Assembly: GCA_002269645.1 (NCBI GenBank)
Contig: NIVC01001277.1
Location: forward strand, 1 to 64,000
Direction: 5' to 3'
Source: Macrostomum lignano
Lineage: Eukaryota
DNA length: 64,000 nucleotides
The notes under the pieces were generated by a model. It was not told the DNA's origin, ran no database searches, and saw nothing but the letters and a program-made list of their open reading frames with translations. A program made the position numbers and the translations under genes. Numbering within the stretch: the stretch's first letter is position 1; every line of letters starts with the position of its first letter. This document shows, in pieces, positions 1 to 13,615 of the stretch.

Positions 1-3000
1 CAAGTACTCTGGTGTACAATACTTCTACAGAAGATAATACTCACCCAAAACAGATCGTCTCTTCTCTTTAATCCTGTGCCGGATGGGTTTTTTCAGATCC
101 ACCAGAAAATTCACAAATAGACTGACTGCCTGCAAGGATAGCGGCTGCTGCTGCTGCTCTGCTGGCTTGTGAGCAGCAAGTGAACCAAATGACGGATGCA
201 GCGGCGAGATCAGAATGCTCGCTGCTGATCGTTAAAGCGCATTCTTGTCTCTTAGGCATGTCGCTGGCGTGCTGACTTCAGAAGCTGCGAGGAAAAGAAA
301 TCAATTAAGATAGGCTTGCTTTAGTAATCATTAATAGGCTATAAAGGAACCCTTTAATAGAACGTGTTCAACTAATGCTGGGTCTGTTTTGAAAAGTCAG
401 AACTCAGAAGTAGTCGCGATTAGAATCAGTATTGTCCCAATAAGTGCGACCCAACAAATGCTGTTCAAAAAATAGGCCTGGCTGCAATGTCCCAATAAAT
501 GCCCAACAAATTACTAGCCTTGAGCTAGGCTGGGCTGTGTTTACTATTCATTGCGTTTGTAGCTTGTGTCCCAACAATGCCACTGAGATTGTTGCATTGC
601 TTTTGAATTGTGCTCTACCAGGTAACACAAGTACTCTGGTGTACAATACTTCTACAGCAGATAATACTCACCCAAAACAGATCGTCTCTTTCTCTTTAAT
701 CCTGTGCCGGACGGGTTTTTTCAGATCCACCAGAAAATTCACAAATAGACTGACTGCCTGCACGGATAGCGGCTGCTGCTGCTGCGGCTTGTGAGCAGCA
801 AGTGAACTAAATGACGGATGCAGCGGCGAGATCAGAATGCTCGCTGCTGATCGTTAAAGCGCATTCTTGTCTCTTAGGCATGTCGCTGGCGTTGCTGACT
901 TCAGAAGCTGCGAGGAAAAGAAATCAATTAAGATAGGCTTGCTTTAGTAATCATTAATAGGCTATAAAGGAACCCTTTAATAGAACGTGTTCAACTAATG
1001 CTGGGTCTGTTTTGAAAAGTCAGAACTCAGAAGTAGTCGCGATTAGAATCAGTATTGTCCCAATAAGTGCGACCCAACAAATGCTGTTCAAAAAATAGGC
1101 CTGGCTGCAATGTCCAATAAATGCCCAACAAATTACTAGCCTTGAGCTAGGCTGGGCTGTGTTTACTATTCATTGCGTTTGTAGCTTGTGTCCCAACAAT
1201 GCCACTGAGATTGTTGCATTGCTTTTGAATTGTGCTCTACCAGTAACACAAGTACTCTGGTGTACAATACTTCTACAGCAGATAATACTCACCCAAAACA
1301 GATCGTCTCTTTCTCTTTAATCCTGTGCCGGACGGGTTTTCTTCAGATCCACCAGAAAATTCACAAATAGACTGACTGCCTGCACGGATAGCGGCTGCTG
1401 CTGCTGCTGCTGCTGCGGCTTGTGAGCAGCAAGTGAACCAAATGACGGATGCAGCGGCGAGATCAGAATGCTCGCTGCTGATCGTTAAAGCGCATTCTTG
1501 TCTCTTAGGCATGTCGCTGGCGTTGCTGACTTCAGAAGCTGCGAGGAAAAGAAATCAATTAAGATAGGCTTGCTTTAGTAATCATTAATAGGCTATAAAG
1601 GAACCCTTTAATAGAACGTGTTCAACTAATGCTGGGTCTGTTTTGAAAAGTCAGAACTCAGAAGTAGTCGCGATTAGAATCAGTATTGTCCCAATAAGTG
1701 CGACCCAACAAATGCTGTTCAAAAAATAGGCCTGGCTGCAATGTCCCAATAAATGCCAACAAATTACTAGCCTTGAGCTAGGCTGGGCTGTGTTTACTAT
1801 TCATTGCGTTTGTAGCTTGTGTCCCAACAATGCCACTGAGATTGTTGCATTGCTTTTGAATTGTGCTCTACCAGGTAACACAAGTACTCTGGTGTACAAT
1901 ACTTCTACAGCAGATAATACTCACCCAAAACAGATCGTCTCTTTCTCTTTAATCCTGTGCCGGACGGGTTTTCTTCAGATCCACCAGAAAATTCACAAAG
2001 AGACTGACTGCCTGCACGGATAGCGGCTGCTGCTGCTGCGGCTTGTGAGCAGCAAGTGAACCAAATGACGGATGCAGCGGCGAGATCAGAATGCTCGCTG
2101 CTGATCGTTAAAGCGCATTCTTGTCTCTTAGGCATGTCGCTGGCGTTGCTGACTTCAGAAGCTGCGAGGAAAAGAAATCAATTAAGATAGGCTTGCTTTA
2201 GTAATCATTAATAGGCTATAAAGGAACCCTTTAATAGAACGTGTTCAACTAATGCTGGGTCTGTTTTGAAAAGTCAGAACTCAGAAGTAGTCGCGATTAG
2301 AATCAGTATATTGTCCCAATAAGTGCGACCCAACAAATGCTGTTCAAAAAATAGGCCTGGCTGCAATGTCCCAATAAATGCCCAACAAATTACTAGCCTT
2401 GAGCTAGGCTGGGCTGTGTTTACTATTCATTGCGTTTGTAGCTTGTGTCCCAACAATGCCACTGAGATTGTTGCATTGCTTTTGAATTGTGCTCTACCAG
2501 TAACACAAGTACTCTGGTGTACAATACTTCTACAGCAGATAATACTCACCCAAAACAGATCGTCTCTTTCTCTTTAATCCTGTGCCGGACGGGTTTTCTT
2601 CAGATCCACCAGAAAATTCACAAATAGACTGACTGCCTGCACGGATAGCGGCTGCTGCTGCTGCGTGCTGCTGCGGCTTGTGAGCAGCAAGTGAACTAAA
2701 TGACGGATGCAGCGGCGAGATCAGAATGCTCGCTGCTGATCGTTAAAGCGCATTCTTGTCTCTTAGGCATGTCGCTGGCGTTGCTGACTTCAGAAGCTGC
2801 GAGGAAAAGAAATCAATTAAGATAGGCTTGCTTTAGTAATCATTAATAGGCTATAAAGGAACCCTTTAATAGAACGTGTTCAACTAATGCTGGGTCTGTT
2901 TTGAAAAGTCAGAACTCAGAAGTAGTCGCGATTAGAATCAGTATTGTCCCAATAAGTGCGACCCAACAAATGCTGTTCAAAAAATAGGCCTGGCTGCAAT

Positions 3001-6000
3001 GTCCCAATAAATGCCCAACAAATTACTAGCCTTGAGCTAGGCTGGGCTGTGTTTACTATTCATTGCGTTTGTAGCTTGTGTCCCAACAATGCCACTGAGA
3101 TTGTTGCATTGCTTTTGAATTGTGCTCTACCAGGTAACACAAGTACTCTGGTGTACAATACTTCTACAGCAGATAATACTCACCCAAAACAGATCGTCTC
3201 TTTCTCTTTAATCCTGTGCCGGACGGGTTTTCTTCAGATCCACCAGAAAATTCACAAATAGACTGACTGCCTGCACGGATAGCGGCTGCTTGCTGCTGCG
3301 GCTTGTGAGCAGCAAGTGAACAAATGACGGATGCAGCGGCGAGATCAGAATGCTCGCTGCTGATCGTTAAAGCGCATTCTTGTCTCTTAGGCATGTCGCT
3401 GGCGTTGCTGACTTCAGAAGCTGCGAGGAAAAGAAATCAATTAAGATAGGCTTTTTAGTAATCATTAATAGGCTATAAAGGAACCCTTTAATAGAACGTG
3501 TTCAACTAATGCTGGGTCTGTTTTGAAAAGTCAGAACTCAGAAGTAGTCGCGATTAGAATCAGTATTTGTCCCAATAAGTGCGACCCAACAAATGCTGTT
3601 CAAAAAATAGCCTGGCTGCAATGTCCCAATAAATGCCCAACAAATTACTAGCCTTGAGCTAGGCTGGGCTGTGTTTACTATTCATTGCGTTTGTAGCTTG
3701 TGTCCCAACAATGCCACTGAGATTGTTGCATTGCTTTTGAATTGTGCTCTACCAGTAACACAAGTACTCTGGTGTACAATACTTCTACAGCAGATAATAC
3801 TCACCCAAAACAGATCGTCTCTTTCTCTTTAATCCTGTGCCGGACGGGTTTTCTTCAGATCCACCAGAAAATTCACAAATAGACTGACTGCCTGCACGGA
3901 TAGCGGCTGCTGCTGCTGCGCTGCTGCTGCTGCGGCTTGTGAGCAGCAAGTGAACAAATGACGGATGCAGCGGCGAGATCAGAATGCTCGCTGCTGATCG
4001 TTAAAGCGCATTCTTGTCTCTTAGGCATGTCGCTGGCGTTGCTGACTTCAGAAGCTGCGAGGAAAAGAAATCAATTAAGATAGGCTTGCTTTAGTAATCA
4101 TTAATAGGCTATAAAGGAACCCTTTAATAGAACGTGTTCAACTAATGCTGGGTCTGTTTTGAAAAGTCAGAACTCAGAAGTAGTCGCGATTAGAATCAGT
4201 ATTGTCCCAATAAGTGCGACCCAACAAATGCTGTTCAAAAAATAGGCCTGGCTGCAATGTCCCAATAAATGCCCAACAAATTACTAGCCTTGAACTAGGC
4301 TGGGCTGTGTTTACTATTCATTGCGTTTGTAGCTTGTGTCCCAACAATGCCACTGAGATTGTTGCATTGCTTTTGAATTGTGCTCTACCAGGTAACACAA
4401 GTACTCTGGTGTACAATACTTCTACAGCAGAATAATACTCACCCAAAACAGATCGTCTCTTTCTCTTTAATCCTGTGCCGGACGGGTTTTCTTCAGATCC
4501 ACCAGAAAATTCACAAATAGACTGACTGCCTGCACGGATAGCGGCTGCTGCTGCTGCGGCTTGTGAGCAGCAAGTGAACTAAATGACGGATGCAGCGGCG
4601 AGATCAGAATGCTCGCTGCTGATCGTTAAAGCGCATTCTTGTCTCTTAGGCATGTCGCTGGCGTTGCTGACTTCAGAAGCTGCGAGGAAAAGAAATCAAT
4701 TAAGATAGGCTTGCTTTAGTAATCATTAATAGGCTATAAAGGAACCCTTTAATAGAACGTGTTCAACTAATGCTGGGTCTGTTTTGAAAAGTCAGAACTC
4801 AGAAGTAGTCGCGATTAGAATCAGTATTGTCCCAATAAGTGCGACCCAACAAATGCTGTTCAAAAAATAGCCTGGCTGCAATGTCCCAATAAATGCCCAA
4901 CAAATTACTAGCCTTGAGCTAGGCTGGGCTGTGTTTACTATTCATTGCGTTTGTAGCTTGTGTCCCAACAATGCCACTGAGATTGTTGCATTGCTTTTGA
5001 ATTGTGCTCTACCAGGTAACACAAGTACTCTGGTGTACAATACTTCTACAGCAGATAATACTCACCCAAAACAGATCGTCTCTTTCTCTTTAATCCTGTG
5101 CCGGACGGGTTTTCTTCAGATCCACCAGAAAATTCACAAATAGACTGACTGCCTGCACGGATAGCGGCTGCTGCTGCTGCGGCTTGTGAGCAGCAAGTGA
5201 ACTAAATGACGGATGCAGCGGCGAGATCAGAATGCTCGCTGCTGATCGTTAAAGCGCATTCTTGTCTCTTAGGCATGTCGCTGGCGTTGCTGACTTCAGA
5301 AGCTGCGAGGAAAAGAAATCAATTAAGATAGGCTTGCTTTAGTAATCATTAATAGGCTATAAAGGAACCCTTTAATAGAACGTGTTCAACTAATGCTGGG
5401 TCTGTTTTGAAAAGTCAGAACTCAGAAGTAGTCGCGATTAGAATCAGTATTGTCCCAATAAGTGCGACCCAACAAATGCTGTTCAAAAAATAGGCCTGGC
5501 TGCAATGTCCCAATAAATGCCCAACAAATTACTAGCCTTGAACTAGGCTGGGCTGTGTTTACTATTCATTGCGTTTGTAGCTTGTGTCCCAACAATGCCA
5601 CTGAGATGTTGCATTGCTTTTGAATTGTGCTCTACCAGGTAACACAAGTACTCTGGTGTACAATACTTCTACAGCAGATAATACTCACCCAAAACAGATC
5701 GTCTCTTTCTCTTTAATCCTGTGCCGGACGGGTTTTCTTCAGATCCACCAGAAAATTCACAAATAGACTGACTGCCTGCACGGATAGCGGCTGCTGCTGC
5801 TGCGGTGCTGCTGCTGCGGCTTGTGAGCAGCAAGTGAACTAAATGACGGATGCAGCGGCGAGATCAGAATGCTCGCTGCTGATCGTTAAAGCGCATTCTT
5901 GTCTCTTAGGCATGTCGCTGGCGTTGCTGACTTCAGAAGCTGCGAGGAAAAGAAATCAATTAAGATAGGCTTGCTTTAGTAATCATTAATAGGCTATAAA

Positions 6001-9000
6001 GGAACCCTTTAATAGAACGTGTTCAACTAATGCTGGGTCTGTTTTGAAAAGTCAGAACTCAGAAGTAGTCGCGATTAGAATCAGTATTGTCCCAATAAGT
6101 GCGACCCAACAAATGCTGTTCAAAAAATAGCCTGGCTGCAATGTCCCAATAAATGCCCAACAAATTACTAGCCTTGAACTAGGCTGGGCTGTGTTTACTA
6201 TTCATTGCGTTTGTAGCTTGTGTCCCAACAATGCCACTGAGATGTTGCATTGCTTTTGAATTGTGCTCTACCAGGTAACACAAGTACTCTGGTGTACAAT
6301 ACTTCTACAGAGATAATACTCACCCAAAACAGATCGTCTCTTTCTCTTTAATCCTGTGCCGGACGGGTTTTCTTCAGATCCACCAGAAAATTCACAAATA
6401 GACTGACTGCCTGCAGGATAGCGGCTGCTGCTGCTGCGGCTTGTGAGCAGCAAGTGAACTAAATGACGGATGCAGCGGCGAGATCAGAATGCTCGCTGCT
6501 GATCGTTAAAGCGCATTCTTGTCTCTTAGGCATGTCGCTGGCGTTGCTGACTTCAGAAGCTGTGAGGAAAAGAAATCAATTAAGATAGGCTTGCTTTAGT
6601 AATCATTAATAGGCTATAAAGAACCCTTTAATAGAACGTGTTCAACTAATGCTGGGTCTGTTTTGAAAAGTCAGAACTCAGAAGTAGTCGCGATTAGAAT
6701 CAGTATTGTCCCAATAAGTGCGACCCAACAAATGCTGTTCAAAAAATAAGCCTGGCTGCAATGTCCCAATAAATGCCCAACAAATTACTAGCCTTGAACT
6801 AGGCTGGGCTGTGTTTACTATTCATTGCGTTTGTAGCTTGTGTCCCAACAATGCCACTGAGATGTTGCATTGCTTTTGAATTGTGCTCTACCAGGTAACA
6901 CAAGTACTCTGGTATACAATACTTCTACAGCAGATAATACTCACCCAAAACAGATCGTCTCTTTCTCTTTAATCCTGTGCCGGATGGGTTTTCTTCAGAT
7001 CCACCAGAAAATTCACAAATAGACTGACTGCCTGCAAGGATAGCGGCTGCTGCTGCTGCGGCTTGTGAGCAGCAAGTGAACTAAATGACGGATGCAGCGG
7101 CGAGATCAGAATGCTCGCTGCTGATCGTTAAAGCGCATTCTTGTCTCTTAGGCATGTCGCTGGCGTTGCTGACTTCAGAAGCTGTGAGGAAAAGAAATCA
7201 ATTAAGATAGGCTTGCTTTAGTAATCATTAATAGGCTATAAAGGAACCCTTTAATAGAACGTGTTCAACTAATGCTGGGTCTGTTTTGAAAAGTCAGAAC
7301 TCAGAAGTAGTCGCGATTAGAATCAGTATTGTCCCAATAAGTGCGACCCAACAAATGCTGTTCAAAAAATAAGCCTGGCTGCAATGTCCCAATAAATGCC
7401 CAACAAATTACTAGCCTTGAACTAGGCTGGGCTGTGTTTACTATTCATTGCGTTTGTAGCTTGTGTCCCAACAATGCCACTGAGATGTTGCATTGCTTTT
7501 GAATTGTGCTCTACCAGGTAACACAAGTACTCTGGTGTACAATACTTCTACAGAAGATAATACTCACCCAAAACAGATCGTCTCTTTCTCTTTAATCCTG
7601 TGCCGGACGGGTTTTCTTCAGATCCACCAGAAAATTCACAAATAGACTGACTGCCTGCACGGATAGCGGCTGCTGCTGCTGCGGCTTGTGAGCAGCAAGT
7701 GAACTAAATGACGGATGCAGCGGCGAGATCAGAATGCTCGCTGCTGATCGTTAAAGCGCATTCTTGTCTCTTAGGCATGTCGCTGGCGTTGCTGACTTCA
7801 GAAGCTGCGAGGAAAAGAAATCAATTAAGATAGGCTTGCTTTAGTAATCATTAATAGGCTATAAAAGAACCCTTTAATAGAACGTGTTCAACTAATGCTG
7901 GGTCTGTTTTGAAAAGTCAGAACTCAGAAGTAGTCGCGATTAGAATCAGTATTGTCCCAATAAGTGCGACCCAACAAATGCTGTTCAAAAAATAAGCCTG
8001 GCTGCAATGTCCCAATAAATGCCCAACAAATTACTAGCCTTGAACTAGGCTGGGCTGTGTTTACTATTCATTGCGTTTGTAGCTTGTGTCCCAACAATGC
8101 CACTGAGATGTTGCATTGCTTTTGAATTGTGCTCTACCAGGTAACACAAGTACTCTGGTGTACAATACTTCTACAGAAGATAATACTCACCCAAAACAGA
8201 TCGTCTCTTTCTCTTTAATCCTGTGCCGGACGGGTTTTCTTCAGATCCACCAGAAAATTCACAAATAGACTGACTGCCTGCATGGATAGCGGCTGCTTCT
8301 GCTGCTGCTGCTGCTGCGGCTTGTGAGCAGCAAGTGAACTAAATGACGGATGCAGCGGCGAGATCAGAATGCTCGCTGCTGATCGTTAAAGCGCATTCTT
8401 GTCTCTTAGGCATGTCGCTGGCGTTGCTGACTTCAGAAGCTGTGAGGAAAAGAAATCAATTAAGATAGGCTTGCTTTAGTAATCATTAATAGGCTATAAA
8501 GGAACCCTTTAATAGAACGTGTTCAACTAATGCTGGGTCTGTTTTGAAAAGTCAGAACTCAGAAGTAGTCGCGATTAGAATCAGTATTGTCCCAATAAGT
8601 GCGACCCAACAAATGCTGTTCAAAAAATAAGCCTGGCTGCAATGTCCCAATAAATGCCCAACAAATTACTAGCCTTGAACTAGGCTGGGCTGTGTTTACT
8701 ATTCATTGCGTTTGTAGCTTGTGTCCCAACAATGCCACTGAGATGTTGCATTGCTTTTGAATTGTGCTCTACCAGGTAACACAAGTACTCTGGTGTACAA
8801 TACTTCTACAGAAGATAATACTCACCCAAAACAGATCGTCTCTTTCTCTTTAATCCTGTGCCGGACGGGTTTTCTTCAGATCCACCAGAAAATTCACAAA
8901 TAGACTGACTGCCTGCATGGATAGCGGCTGCTGCTGCTGCGGATGCTGCTGCTGCGGCTTGTGAGCAGCAAGTGAACTAAATGACGGATGCAGCGGCGAG

Positions 9001-10260
9001 ATCAGAATGCTCGCTGCTGATCGTTAAAGCGCATTCTTGTCTCTTAGGCATGTCGCTGGCGTTGCTGACTTCAGAAGCTGTGAGGAAAAGAAATCAATTA
9101 AGATAGGCTTGCTTTAGTAATCATTAATAGGCTATAAAGGAACCCTTTAATAGAACGTGTTCAACTAATGCTGGGTCTGTTTTGAAAAGTCAGAACTCAG
9201 AAGTAGTCGCGATTAGAATCAGTATTGTCCCAATAAGTGCGACCCAACAAATGCTGTTCAAAAAATAAGCCTGGCTGCAATGTCCCAATAAATGCCCAAC
9301 AAATTACTAGCCTTGAACTAGGCTGGGCTGTGTTTACTATTCATTGCTTTGTAGCTTGTGTCCCAACAATGCCACTGAGATGTTGCATTGCTTTTGAATT
9401 GTGCTCTACCAGGTAACACAAGTACTCTGGTGTACAATACTTCTACAGAAGATAATACTCACCCAAAACAGATCGTCTCTTTCTCTTTAATCCTGTGCCG
9501 GACGGGTTTTCTTCAGATCCACCAGAAAATTCACAAATAGACTGACTGCCTGCAAGGATAGCGGCTGCTGCTGCTGCGGCTTGTGAGCAGCAAGTGAACT
9601 AAATGACGGATGCAGCGGCGAGATCAGAATGCTCGCTGCTGATCGTTAAAGCGCATTCTTGTCTCTTAGGCATGTCGCTGGCGTTGCTGACTTCAGAAGC
9701 TGTGAGGAAAAGAAATCAATTAAGATAGGCTTGCTTTAGTAATCATTAATAGGCTATAAAGGAACCCTTTAATAGAACGTGTTCAACTAATGCTGGGTCT
9801 GTTTTGAAAAGTCAGAACTCAGAAGTAGTCGCGATTAGAATCAGTATTGTCCCAATAAGTGCGACCCAACAAATGCTGTTCAAAAAATAAGCCTGGCTGC
9901 AATGTCCCAATAAATGCCCAACAAATTACTAGCCTTGAACTAGGCTGGGCTGTGTTTACTATTCATTGCGTTTGTAGCTTGTGTCCCAACAATGCCACTG
10001 AGATGTTGCATTGCTTTTGAATTGTGCTCTACCAGGTAACACAAGTACTCTGGTGTACAATACTTCTACAGCAGATAATACTCACCCAAAACAGATCGTC
10101 TCTTTCTCTTTAATCCTGTGCCGGACGGGTTTTCTTCAGATCCACCAGAAAATTCACAAATAGACTGACTGCCTGCATGGATAGCGGCTGCTGCTGCTGC
10201 TGCTGCTGCTGCTGCGGCTTGTGAGCAGCAAGTGAAATAAATGACGGATGCAGCGGCGAG
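1..10260. repeat. Tandem array (satellite) of a ~628-bp unit, ~16.3 copies, continuing beyond the left window edge
   Basis: Marker CAAGTACTCTGGTGTACAAT recurs at 1, 628, 1249, 1881 ... ~10043. Units are near-identical, each with a variable (GCT)n tract. The array breaks off after GCAGCGGCGAG at ~10260. Confidence 0.98.
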
Positions 10261-12725
10261 TTTGAATGCGGATGAACCTGTGCGTGGGCGCACAAAAGAA
10301 AAATCACTTATTGAGAAATCTGTCTGATTTGTTTGAAAACAGATTTAAATGTCGCTGTTCTAATAAATGCTTCATTGTCAATGAAATTTTACTGTACAAT
10401 TAAAATACTCGTAGTTTGTCCCAACGGTGCTGCTTGTGTCAGTTAGATGGAGTATGTACAAATTTCACTTTCTCGATAGTGCCGCAGCAACTTACTTTGC
10501 CCTTAGCTGACTGCAGGCAGGCTTGCTTGTTTTAATAATGCCCTAGAAAACAAAACACTTATTGCAATTAAGTTTCAGTTACTGGGAGTTGCAATTTTCT
10601 GAGATCCTATCTCTTTGCTGACCGCCCATCTTCCCAATCAGATGAGCTTCTTTTTTGTTGCTGACTCTGCCCTGCTTTTCTTTAGGCGTTTGCCTTTGCA
10701 GTAAGCTTTGTTTCTCGTTCTAGAATGCTGTCATTTTATACTGTTCTTTAGTTATGTAATAATACTGCTTTGAGTAGAAAAATAATTTGACTATCGAATT
10801 ATAACAGTAATATATTATATTAGTTGCCCAGCAAACTCACATAGTATTTCTCCAAGTCTCTAGTACTGTGGGCGATGTGTCATGCGAGATTTCTTTCCTA
10901 AATGTTTTGATTGAAACTTTTAGTAAAATTTGTTCTTCCTAGAAGTGTAAATTTTGCCTACTTATGATTGCTCAACTGGCTGTTGTAAATTAATTGATAA
11001 ATAAGGTGATCGTGCCGCCTCTCTTATATTTCACTGAGCTCAGAGTATTACTAGGCTGCTTATTATTTTTTTCAACGTACAAAAAATACGACATATACGA
11101 GTACGAGACAATACTTACTGGACAATGAAGGCAAATCTGTTTGTTATAGAAGAAAACGGTAGCTTATCGAAATCAACGTATCTGGAATTTTAGAAAAGAC
11201 ATATGTAAATTCCAGTTAAGTTTTTATTTAATCATAAAATTTTAAAAAGAATTTTAAATTCTACTTACATATGTGTAATGGTTCCTAGCCAAGTCTTTTC
11301 ATGCCAGGTCATGCATGGAAACTCTTGTGACATGGCACATTTTGTCTGTGTAGTGCAGGTCTCGTAAATGAATTATATTCGTTTGAACATATGCAGTACG
11401 CCGTTTGTCAAAGGGAACTTCTACATGAACCTTTCCGTTAGAATTGGCTCTTCCTCTTGTAGGCCTCAACTTCAGTGTAAACTTTATCCCGACTCCCTTG
11501 CACCCGCCTCTCCTCCCCGCTTCCCCCCGCCGCGATAGGAATGTACGCGTGGCCTGGGTAAGGGATTGCCTGGGTCTTGTACACGCTTGTCCTAACACTT
11601 CTGCACTGTACGTGGGTTTATCTTTACGATCCAAGATAAGCAGAATTGTTTTCCAGGAAGGCCTAGTAGTTTTGGGCCAACTAGTCATCGATTTAGACTT
11701 TACAGTGACAGTGACACTCAAACATGTGCTAGCAGTCCATGCAGTCATCTTAAGTTTCTTGGTATCTCCGTACTTTTCAGTATACCAGACGATAATTATC
11801 ATAATTCTAGGAAAAAATTTGCTGCATAGTATGGCTGCCCAAACCCAGGCCAATAAGGAAGTCATTTAAAGCCTTATAGATTAAACGTTTCCCTCTAATA
11901 CTCGTCCTCGGTTTTCTCGGGAAATGCAAAGTTTTTCTTTGCCCTTTATTTCTTTGCTCTAAAAGCGCTTCATAAGACTGTGAGAATTTCCACCGGAAAA
12001 CTACCTCACTCAAAGTGTCACTTTACGTTAATGGCCTCCAGTCACTAACTTGAGTCCGTTAATCCCATTCACATATGACAAATAGATTAATGCAGCGGAT
12101 TTAAAACGAGAATTTCAGTTAAAATGGCCCAGGGCACGAGCGGATGTAACCTTAATTTGTTATGTTTCGTGTATAAGTGAAATTGGAAGCTAATGAATTT
12201 AGATGCTAGCTGTTTCTATGCAAAAATCTAAATATACTAAATCTATAAGGTTTGTATGCTTGATTTTAATATTCTAAATCTTTATTAAATTATTTCATAT
12301 TTTATAGTAAACACGATGCCAAATGTCAGGATCCTTTCAAGTGTCGATTGGCAGCCCTGTGGAGAACCTCTATCTGTTACTTGTAGTAGACTTTCTTGAT
12401 ATTGTAAGAAATATTGTAATAAAACGAGAATTCCGATTTGAGACCCAATTGTTCTGTTGGATCAGACCATCAGTTCGCATAATTTTTTAAACTTCTTAGG
12501 ACACTGCAAATCATTAGATTCCCCGTGTTTGATTAAAAATATGAAAAAATGACATTGATTTTTGAAAGGAGAATCGAAAGACGGTTCCAATGAATATTTT
12601 TTCATTTCAATAGAATTCATTTTTGGAAGTGTCGGGACGCACTTATTGGGCCTGGCCCAACACATTTTTGGTCCTAATAGCACGGGTCAGTTTATACACG
12701 CTTGTCCCAAGAAATGCCTAATGCA

Positions 12726-12728
<3 letters not shown>

Positions 12729-12757
<29 letters not shown>

Positions 12758-12790
12758 GCAACAGCAGCGACTTCAGCAGCAGCGAGTTCA
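12729..12790. repeat. (CA)n microsatellite followed by short CAGCAGCAGCGA(C/G)TT repeats
   Basis: Directly visible. Confidence 0.9.
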
Positions 12791-13020
12791 GCAGCAGCGA
12801 GTTCAGCAGCAGTGCCTACGCAACAACGCAGAGACTCGCCTACGCAGCATCCGGAGTCGGGTGTATCGGGTGCCATCACCTGCTGCTGCCCGGGTTCAAC
12901 GTTACTTTGTTGAACTACCGTAGCTCTGCTGGGGGTTGAAACCACAAGTCTTATGCCTGGGATTCAGACGTACGAGCTATGAAGCAGCTATGAAGCTTTC
13001 AGTCCTGCTTGCGAAACCAA
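12780..13020 (+). pseudogene. Degenerate fragment of a third AbfB-like paralog (3' part of exon 3)
   Basis: GAGACTCGCCTACGCAGCATCCGGAGTCGGGTG...CTGCTGCTGCCCGGG...CTATGAAGCTTTCAGTCC aligns by eye to 14647-14815 and 23387-23560. It has a stop and indels and no upstream exons. Confidence 0.8.
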
Positions 13021-13615
13021 GTACACGTACAAGCCATGGCCTCACTCTAACCCTAACCCTAACTCTCCCTTTGACGTTAATTGGCATCTCACGAGCTTCT
13101 TTATGAGTCTTAGCTTCTCAGCCATGACCATCTGCTGGGTAAATTGGATACATTGCAGCCACTATCTCCTTGGTTGGATCGGTTTTCCGAAGTGTCAAAA
13201 ACTGAGCAGCTCATGGTTACCAGGCTGCTCCATGTTTTTTTGTTCTCGCGAACAATCAAGCATAAAGGCAGCACGATATCAACCAGCAACTGATGCAGCA
13301 ACATACCTATCATTAGGCTAGTTAAAAAGCAGGGAAATTCAAGCGGAGCGAAGGCAAACCACGCATGGTTGAAGAAGGAAGCGACTTTGAGGCAAACATG
13401 CTTTGCTCGAGAGCTGCAATTCAATCTATAAACGCTTCAGCTGGGGACAAGGAAATTCTAGCATAAAATCAGCCTCACATCTTGCTCAAAATGCATTTAA
13501 GATAAATTTCCGAGCCTGAAACACAACCTTCCTTGGAGATACAACAAACGAAAACATATATTGTTGACGATTAAAACTGAGCTGAGCTGAAATTACGCAA
13601 ACCGCAAACAACGGC

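Noticed and set aside
68-10307. Recurring 60-116 aa ORFs in the tandem array (MPKRQEC..., MRPNKCC...)
   Set aside because: Broken by indels in many units, with no recognisable domain; explained by repetition of a non-coding unit. I found no 5S rRNA, tRNA, snRNA or spliced-leader signature by eye.
11299-11869. 188-aa (-) and 141-aa (+) overlapping ORFs
   Set aside because: No recognisable motif or splice context; cannot support a call.
13046-13065. CTAACCCTAACCCTAA telomere-like repeat
   Set aside because: Only 2-3 units; too short to call an interstitial telomere.
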